Below, piece by piece: positions 61,731 to 64,000 of a stretch of DNA of 64,000 bases; the stretch's first letter is position 1; each line of letters opens with the position of its first letter. The notes beneath the pieces were generated by a model. That model was given only the letters and a program-made list of their open reading frames with translations. It was not told where the DNA came from and made no database searches. Source of the DNA: Amoebophrya sp. A120. Taxonomy: Eukaryota; Protista; Dinoflagellata. The position numbers and the translations under genes were made by a program. The stretch lies in assembly GCA_905178155.1 (NCBI GenBank), contig CAJINV010000007.1:876627-940626 (forward strand). The letters run 5' to 3'.

Positions 61731-64000
61731 CAGCTGAAAATGGAAATAAATACACAGTTTTTTGATATGAATATCGTAAGTATGACAACACCAAAGTTGT
61801 GATCATGTAAGTATGGAAAAATAATCTGAATAAAGAGAAAACAAAAAAAAAAGCTCCAAAGCGTTCTTCGATGCAAGCTCTGCTTTGTCTTTGTGTGGTG
61901 TTTGTAGGGACGACGGCGATGTGTAAGTCGTATATGGATTTCATCGGGGCAGGGGCACTCGGGAAACAGTTCCCAGTTGATTTTACTATTTTATAGCACC
62001 TCCATCCTAATAATAATAATTCTAAATATTTGAGACGAATAAACAAACTGCATGTGAATCTGGATGTAGCGCAGTGCTAGCGTGCTGGTCCAAGGATTCC
62101 CGTCATTGGTTCCTTGAGACAGGTACGCAATCTTGAAGATACGAAGTGGATGAAGCAGTCAATGTTTAGCAGGGGGTGTCGTGTAGTTGAAGATTCGAAT
62201 ACAATGACAAACACAATAGCAACAAAACAAACTTGTGAGTAGCTTTTCGGGATAGAGATAGTAGTGCAACAAGGGGAACAAGAACCGGAATAGCATCCAG
62301 ATGCAGGAGATGCACTTGCTCGATGATATTGATATTATATATCAATATAACTACACCTAAACCAACAAATAAAACTAGCGTACAACAATAAAAGCAATTT
62401 AGTCTGAAGCCGATCCCTAGAAAAACTACCGATTCGTGGTGCCAGCAGGCACTTGTATGATACATTGAACGCCGAGCATATTTTTAAAAATGAAAGCCGA
62501 AGCTCCGCGATTTTTAAAGCACTTACTTTTACCTAGAACTACGTAGCCGTAAGTGCGAAGCGAAAGATGTGGCACGATGATCCTTCTTGAAGATAGCCTT
62601 GGCTTCGCGTTCGCCACTGCTGGCATTGCAAAAGCACTACGTTTGAAGATGTTCATCGTCGGATGTTCTTTCGTTTCGATTTCTCGAATCGGGAGCTGCA
62701 AGGATCTAGCAAGTACAAATCTCAAATACAAATTGTTGAGAGCAGCAGCCAGCTTTCCTGGTAGCGCAGAAGGTAGGCCACACGTCGACCAGAGTAACAT
62801 GCTTATCGTCGCAAAAATGTTGCAGCCTTTCGTCCACATAAACCCGCACCAAACAAGCGTGATCTACTTATCAGCATTTCGTACGTATCAGTATTCATCG
62901 CTCGTCAATCTATTATTTTCCGCTTGTCATGTCATAGCGTAAGCGTAAGCGTATAGGGTCGTACGTTCACACAGGAGGTGGAAATAATCATCTTGTCGTA
63001 GCAAATTGCGAAGTACGTACCAAGCAAAGCACACAACAAGCACCTCGTTCGTTCACCGCTCTCTCTACCACAAGTACCACTAGTAAAGACCACGAGTAGA
63101 CAGAGCAGCCCGTTTGTGCAAATAAAAACTCGTTCTCACTTTATAGTGTCCCCAGGTCGACGATCAATAATTTTCAGCAATTCTCTTCTCGTTGCGTTTG
63201 AAGCGTTTCAAAACAACACGTGGTCTTCTGCGTCGATATTAAAAGACAGTCAAAAAACCTCAACTTGTACTTGTACAACCCAGCAATAAAATTTTTGCAA
63301 AATTCCTGCTTCTCACAAATACACCAACAACAATTTTAGTGCGCGGCCTGGTGTTGTTCACGAGCAACACCTCGTCTAACCAGCAGTCGCCTTTTTTTGA
63401 AAACACAGTCAACAAAACAACAACAACCTCTGTAGCCACTCGTAGCAAGAACAATCTAGTGCGGCGCATAATTCTGTTTATCGTGTGCAACTTAGCTGCT
63501 TCCATTCGAGCGTGTAAATTAAGCCATACATTTTGTGTTGGTCTCCTTCTTCTTCTTCTATAGCAGGGGCCAAAAAGACCAGTTCTTGTTCTTCCATTTT
63601 TGTTGAATTAAGTTGCCTGAATAATTTTATGGCCTCGCGGACGCCCGCATTTTTGCTGCAAACGCAGACTTGACGGCGCATCTTCACCTGGTGGAGCTGC
63701 AATCTTTTTCTGCAGCAGAGCAAGGAGGCCATAATCCTTGCCGGGAGGGTGAAAGTAGTACCACGACGAGGAGCTGCGCGTGCACCTTCTCTTCTTCTCG
63801 TTGCCTCGACGTATAGCTCGGGCGACAAGTATTGCTTTTAGAAGGACGAGCTCTTCGCTTACGCTTACCTCATCTCGTCAAGAACATCCAAGTTTCCAAG
63901 AACCACGAAGAACCGCGAAGGCCTCCTTGCATCTCGAACGAGATTGGTCCTTTTCTTGAAGGCATAAACCAAAGCCGGATCATACACCAGCACCCGCACA

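Overview
Eukaryotic, intron-dense DNA. The architecture matches what is described for the parasitic dinoflagellate Amoebophrya; this is an inference from the intron style, not a database match. About 80 short (110-325 bp) non-canonical 'introner' elements from ~11 families interrupt the genes. Each is bounded by TAT...ATA terminal inverted repeats (TIRs) and a 5-bp direct repeat (DR). Removing element+5 nt by hand rebuilds four + strand genes: a 5'-partial low-complexity protein (<1-1766); a single-domain voltage-gated cation channel with two EF-hands (3492-17853); a long acidic/coiled-coil protein ending in an F-type lectin/discoidin-like domain (~20485-32236); and a diacylglycerol-lipase-like class-3 lipase (46045-61730). 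Larger mobile elements are nested in this system. A 5.8-kb RT-bearing non-LTR element sits inside an introner, a 1.5-kb TIR element sits inside another introner's TIR, and a 4.4-kb hAT-like element with an 8-bp TSD sits in a lipase exon. The 32-41 kb interval is a patchwork of short repeats joined to captured gene and introner fragments. Most interesting signals: (i) mismatched DRs point to one fixed splice register (1 nt before TAT, 4 nt after ATA) that works in either element orientation and does not need the DR; (ii) unrelated families share a GCATnACAAA motif spaced ~31-32 bp apart; (iii) the 4.4-kb element would be removed in frame by the same rule. All gene models are manual, with no RNA evidence.
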